Source: Oculina patagonica (taxonomy: Eukaryota). From it: DNA of 64,000 nucleotides. A program made the position numbers and the translations under genes. Below are positions 58,401 to 64,000 of the stretch, piece after piece (position 1 is the stretch's first letter; the number at the start of each line of letters is the position of its first letter). The stretch spans positions 13,082,001-13,146,000 of the forward strand of contig NC_135768.1 in assembly GCF_052425735.1 (NCBI RefSeq), read 5' to 3'. The notes beneath the pieces are model-generated. The model saw only the letters and a program-made list of their open reading frames with translations. It had not been told where the DNA came from and made no database searches.

Positions 58401-60939
58401 CTAGAATACAATTTGCGAGAAAAATTATACTAAATTACAAGTAAGGTAATGAGAAGCCAAACAAGTAAATTAGACCTAGACATAGCTAGGCATGATACAA
58501 GCCCAACATAGGCACGTAGGAGTTATTTTTTCAATTTTTGGGGTGGCTTGAGGTGAAACTGGGTGCACGTGATTGTCCTGTTGGGATGGTTTAAGTCATG
58601 GGTTGAGCTGTTTGTGTTTGCCGGCCCACAGAGCCACTTTTTGCACAAAATTTGCTTGCAAACAAAGTAATTTTTCCATGCACTTTGATACATCAGAACT
58701 GTTTTATTCAATATGTAAATTTTCATCATTTAATTGAAAAACAAGAACTAATTTAATCAACAAAATGTCACGAAATGGCACGTTCTTATTCGGTTTAAGG
58801 TGCTTATTTTGTTACTAACAAGAACTAATTTAATTAACAAAATGTCACGAAATGGCACGTTCTTATTCTGTTTAAGGTGCTTATTTTGTTACTAGCTTTT
58901 TAAAAACGGAAACATGATACTTTAGTTTGTTACAGTATACTTTTAGCTTTTTGCCACACACTGTAACATAATACTACCGGTATTCTTTTTCTCACTTTTG
59001 TAACATGATGCTTTTGTTTTTCTTGAAAACGAACATAACACGATACTTTTGTTTTTCTCGAAAAAACCATGTCTCCATTAAACACGCTCAATAGTCATTA
59101 AACGAAAAGTAATAAACGAAGAATTAAATCAAGATCTTCTGAAAAAGTTCTTTAAAGTGCAGTTCACCTGGAGTATTTGTTTCCTGTCAGAAATATTTCA
59201 ACAAAAGATTTTGTCTCTTTCAAAAGATCTCAAAACGTAAATTTTCATTCAACAAACAAGAACTAATTTAGTTATCAAATTGTCATGAAACAACACGCTC
59301 TTATTCTGTTGCCACTCAACCGTAGTTGACTTTAACGGCAAAGCCATTCAAAGGTAATACTGATACCGGTTAATTATGTCTTGATGAGATGTATTAAAGG
59401 TATAAACATTAACGCTACTTGCTCGAGAGTTGATTATGAATCAGTGAATTGAGGAAGACGCTTGAGAGATTTCAATTTTCAGTTGGCACCACATTTTTTG
59501 TGACAGTTTTAAGAGCGCAGTATAGTACATCTGGAGTTAATTGTTTCCTGTCAGAAGTGTTCAGAAGTGCTTTATTCAACAAACAAGAACTAATAATTAT
59601 TGAGTTTTCAAATTGTCACGGAATAGCACGCTCTTATTCTGCAACCATCAGTTTTACTGTTGTGGTACTGCTGACAGAAGCGATCGTAGTATTTGATGTC
59701 TAGATTGTTTTGCCTTTGATCTTAGTGGACAATCTTGGCAACCATGTTCAATGTGCTTTCAGTCCTAATCCAAAACCAAATGCAGCGAATGTTTCTTTAA
59801 AGTGCTACTATGATCAAATTTTTTATTTTCATTTTTTTACATTATCGTGAACAATTAGACTTTCTTACTCACCTTGCCAAATTTCAATCTATTACGAACA
59901 TCAGAAGTCGTTTTATTATAACATTTATTTCAGAGAATTTACGGCCGCCATTAATCAACCTTGTTCCAAGGCTTGCTTGGGAATAGGGAGAAAATGACGT
60001 CAAAGGCTCAAAAATACCTCACGGGAGCTCATTCGGGATTTTGAAAGTGACGTACCGCTTACCAATGTTAAACAAATTGTTCCAAAAACATAACAACGTC
60101 CCTTCCCCCGGGGGACAATATTTGTGTCAAAACTGCCCCATTCCCCGCATGTTCCCGGCGGATGCCCGGGGCTGTTCCCGGGGTCAACCCCAGGGAAAGC
60201 CAATGATAAGTGCATTAGGACACATTACAAGTCATTTACCTGCATGAGCCTCATCATAACATACACTTCTTAAGTTTTCCAGCCACTTGCTGCCATGGTG
60301 TTGAAGAATGTAGCTGGCGCACTGACTCACAAACTTTGCTCGGTATCCAAAGCCAACACTTCGTAAATGCTCTTCGATTTTTGAACCTTTCAAATCTCTT
60401 ATGTCAGGAAAGGCAAAGTATGTGACGCCATTTATTTCCCCAAGCTTCTCTCCGTACTCCTGACAAAGTTTTTCAACCATCCCGCTAATTCGCGGAATGT
60501 TATTGTTTGACGAACATATAAAAGCAAACAAAGTTTCCACCGGATCTTGTCGAAGAACTCGAACTCCAAGCATGTTCTCTGAAACTTTAAAAAAATGAGC
60601 ATCACGACTTCTCCATTGTTTGAATAGACAGTCTGTGTCCACGTGCAGCTGAAAGTAATCACGCAAAATTGACTCGTAGATGTCACACTCTTTTTCTTTT
60701 GGCGAGCTGCAAATTTCTTTCAAAACCCGTTTGTTTTGTACAGTTACTGACTCATAAACACGGTACAAAAAATCAGTTTTGTTTTGTTTCAGCGTCCAGA
60801 CGTAGCCGAACAACACATTAGTCCACTCCCCTGGTGCTGTCTCCTTCCATCTGAAAGACTGTCCACTCGCCAAAGTCAGGTCTAATCGAATCCTCACTTT
60901 AGATTTATCGATAGAAAGCAATCTCCATGCGGAGGACAT
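55430..60939 (-). CDS. OGG1: 8-oxoguanine DNA glycosylase / AP lyase
   Basis: Exons 60240-60939, 57803-57979, 57217-57266, 56673-56750, 55430-55516. Motifs LTLASGQSFRW, RQDPVETLFAFICSSNNNIPRI, GFGYRAKFV, HhH LPGVGAKVADC, VPVDTH, GEYAGWAQSVLFAADL; basic C-terminal NLS-like run. Confidence 0.95.
58741..58894. repeat. 77-bp direct duplication with diverged copies near 59256 and 59583
   Basis: ACAAGAACTAATTTAAT..GTCACGAAATGGCACGTTCTTATTC repeated. Confidence 0.85.
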
Positions 60940-61400
60940 CTTCCTTTATGACAATCCCGAGCCCAGAGTCCGTCGGTCAGCAGTATGGGACGGACTCTGG
61001 GAAACTGGAATTGAATTTAAATACAGTACCAAACCGTTAAATCAACCTTGCAATTTGTATTCATTCGTTATTTTGTTATAGCTGATTAGATCCTCTGCAG
61101 TGAGAGGATCCGGAACTTCTATTTTGTCACGGTGGTCCTTGCAAATTCACGTTAGTAACGCAACAGCACCGTCAAGCCCATCACGCAAGAAGCCCAGGAC
61201 CTACTCGGCCAAGTTGAGGCTAGGTTACCTAGTGAAATGAACGGGAGAATGGTTCAACGCCGTTCAACGCACGTTTATCTTCATATGAATCTTTAGCCAC
61301 CAAGAATAGTGATCAGCTTGAAAAGAGTGGTTTGTCTTGGTACTTAATGTTCCATCTTTTAGGAACTGTTTGAAGAGCGTTGGTAACGAATAAATCCATC
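60940..61400. promoter_or_regulatory. Probable bidirectional promoter between OGG1 and CWC22
   Basis: Divergent ATGs at 60939 (-) and 61401 (+), 461 bp apart. Confidence 0.65.
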
Positions 61401-63447
61401 ATGGCGGAGGTTGAACGTTCGAGAATACGCAGTGTGGTGCAGGTGAGAGAGAACGTTCAAAATATAAGCTTAAGCTAACATGTCCCATTCTAATCTGATA
61501 GCTTAGTTTATAAACATTTCTTTGAAGTGCTCTGTTTGATATTTATCATCCTTCTTTTTTTTGGCAAGCCTGTAACACATTCGAATTCTCCAAGCACTGA
61601 AATGGCAAGATCAAGGTCTCGATCGAGATCACCTTACGAGAGGAAGTAAGTCCGACGTACAAACTAAGAAACTTACACTGACTTTTAACCGTTTTCTTTC
61701 AGTGATAATATGCAGTAGAAGTACTGATCAAAATCTTGTTATGTGGTGTATGTTTGTTTTGGTTTATGTCAACCACTCTTGGTTTGACATTTTCAAACCA
61801 GTTTGTTTTGTAGTTACAGGCTAGATTCACTATTGCATTAATGATAATGATAGTAAAAACAAACTGGTTTAAGCTTATAGAATTTCAAACCAAAAAGGAA
61901 ATTTGAACTGCACATGTATACCTGCCAACTCTCACGCCTTGGGTGTGAGTCTCACGCCTGTGAGCTAAAAACTTCGATCTCACACCAACTCACGCTTACA
62001 AACCAATTTCTCATGCCTTGTCGAAAAATGTGAGTTATAAAAATTATAAACATAACCGACACACTTTCCAAAAAAAATGTAAACTCCAACCAATGCGAGA
62101 AACGAAAACTCCATGTTAAGTGAGCAAATGACCATACTTTCCCTAAAATCTTATCGAGTTTTGACAAGAAAAGCATTGGGAACAAGGTCGTGTTTAGCAA
62201 AACACATCTATGCACTGGGATATGTTCGGAACATCTTCGGAATACTTCGGACGTCTTCAGAAAACTTCGGACATTGTTGTATCGTCTTCGGAAATTCTTG
62301 CACTCTCAGCTAAAAAATCTCACGCCTTTGACCCATAAAAAGTTGGCAGGTATACACATGTTGTGTAGGTTGTTATTGAGACATAACTGTTTGTGTGGTC
62401 AATTTCCAATCGATGTTTGCCACTTATTCCTGGCTTTATTCATGTCATAATACCCACAATGGTGCAAAACAGTCAAGTTACATGTACCCCTGTTAGATAC
62501 AGGTGGAAAGGGGGGACTGTTTTGGAAATCTGTGCCAGCATTAGGTAGTGGTTAGTTATAACTTAACTTTTATTGGGCATTTGTTGGGAGCTTAGTCCAG
62601 TTGTTTTAAGACTAGTGAAAGGTAAGGTTTGGGGCATGTAGTCTTTACACCAGCCTGCTGGGGTTGTAAGTAACCACTGCATAAAAAATAAAATTGCCAG
62701 ATTTTGGCCATCCCGTGGGTGCCTTTTTTGATCTGATCAGATTTTGAGGTTTGAGTTGGTAAAATAAGTAGCAGTGGAATTGCTGTTTTAGGTTTTGTTT
62801 TTTTGGCAGGGGAGGGGGGATTTCTATACAGTTTACCTTAAATGTTCCAAGTTCATCTGCTCTCTTAGCTCACTGTTTTGAATAGCTTGAGGGACCTTGC
62901 TCTTTTTCAGAATAATAATAATTCAGAACATAGGTTTGTAAGGTGAACTTCTTTAGTTAGTAACTTACTTGTAGTTGTTGTTGCATTTGTAGAAAGAGAA
63001 GTAAAGAAAATAAAGAAAACAGACGAAAGAGTGATGACGATGAGGGTGACAAAGTCAAGGAATATCACAGAAGAACACAGCAAAGTGACAGTGATGATGA
63101 AACAAGGTCTTATAGGAGAAAAGACAAAAGTAAATATGATTCCGAAAGGCGTAGGGACCGAGAAAGACATGAAAGGAGAAGACGTGGAAGTGAGGATGAG
63201 GATGATGATGATTATGATGACAGAAGGAGAAGAAAAAGAGAACATAGATCTAATAGAAGAAGACGAGATACACCTTCAGATGATGAGAGACGCAACAAAC
63301 GCAGCCCTGTAGTGAGACCAGAAAAAGATGACACACATGACAGCAAGGAAAAAGAGGAAGCAGTGGATGCAGAAGAGAATAGTGAAAAGACAGATGCGCC
63401 TGCAAAGAAGAAGGCAAACCCAAATAATCCACTGCTAACAAGAACAG
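61401..63447 (+). CDS. CWC22: Pre-mRNA splicing factor CWC22, N-terminal exons (continues beyond window)
   Basis: Exons 61401-61442, 61569-61645, 62993-63447 are phase-consistent. The RS/RD-rich N-terminus ends in ..NPLLTRT(G), the start of the conserved PLLTRTGGAYIPP motif of CWC22. Confidence 0.75.
61917..62354. mobile_element. MITE with 6-bp TSD CACATG
   Basis: CACATG-TATACCTGCCAACT ... AGTTGGCAGGTATA-CACATG. Confidence 0.8.
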
Positions 63448-63693
63448 GTACAGAAAAGTAACCATAGATTACACTTTGTTATACAATAAGTAAAAACTTT
63501 GCACCAGTTTCTGCAAAGATGTTGAGTTTCAACCTCACTGATGTTATCAGGGCTTACTTTTCAACTGCTTACAATGTCCATGTGTTACAATACCTGTACA
63601 GGGTTGATTCCTAACATAAAAAGATCTTTTATTGCATGTACAGTATTATGGAAGTATTACTTTATTGCCAGAAAATTGGCTAAAGGTTATTCA

Positions 63694-63973
63694 TTATTGC
63701 TGTTCTCAGTGAAATGCGAACTCTGAAATTCAATCCTCAACCAACGGTTTACGCTTTTGCTACCCTCAATCATCTTAGTGGACCTCAGTCTCAGGTAACA
63801 GGAGCTCACTTCAACCAGGTCAAAACTCAAAAGGTCATGTCTGTCAGTTGTGATTGGTAGATTTCAATCCATTTTGTTTGTTGCCATTTTTCATGATTAT
63901 GATTGACGGCAGTGGAAATTGCAATCATTAATAGTTGGATTTTGAGTTCGCATTTCACTGAAAACCGCAATAA
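63694..63973. mobile_element. MITE, same family as 24938-25232
   Basis: Same TIRs and internal sequence. Confidence 0.85.
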
Positions 63974-64000
63974 TTAGCTTCAGTTAGTGACCTTAGAATC

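Overview
Eukaryotic (animal) genomic DNA; the repeat content and gene style suggest a stony coral or other anthozoan (inference). Bases 1-19123 are the right arm of an integrated Polinton/Maverick-like endogenous DNA virus, ending in ...ACTACT at 19123. Its intronless genes encode a double-jelly-roll-type major capsid protein (MCP), a penton-like minor capsid protein, an A32/FtsK-type packaging ATPase broken by an internal deletion, and several membrane-type proteins. A 4771-bp block of the structural module is triplicated head-to-tail (period 4785, identical 14-bp junction filler). Near the terminus the element carries a candidate ~300-nt highly structured non-coding RNA gene on the minus strand, with U6-like PSE + TATA promoter elements and a T4 terminator; this is the most novel-looking signal. 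The element appears to sit inside an intron of the host ALS2 (alsin) gene: 27 exons trace from 52119 down to 20909 and the VPS9 core exons are not in the window. The rest is host DNA: OGG1 (minus, 5 exons) head-to-head with the start of CWC22 (plus). Introns are packed with MITEs, tRNA-derived SINEs and Penelope fragments carrying minimal hammerhead ribozymes. No pPolB, integrase or protease gene is visible; they would lie left of the window if present. All family assignments are from motif recognition, not database searches.
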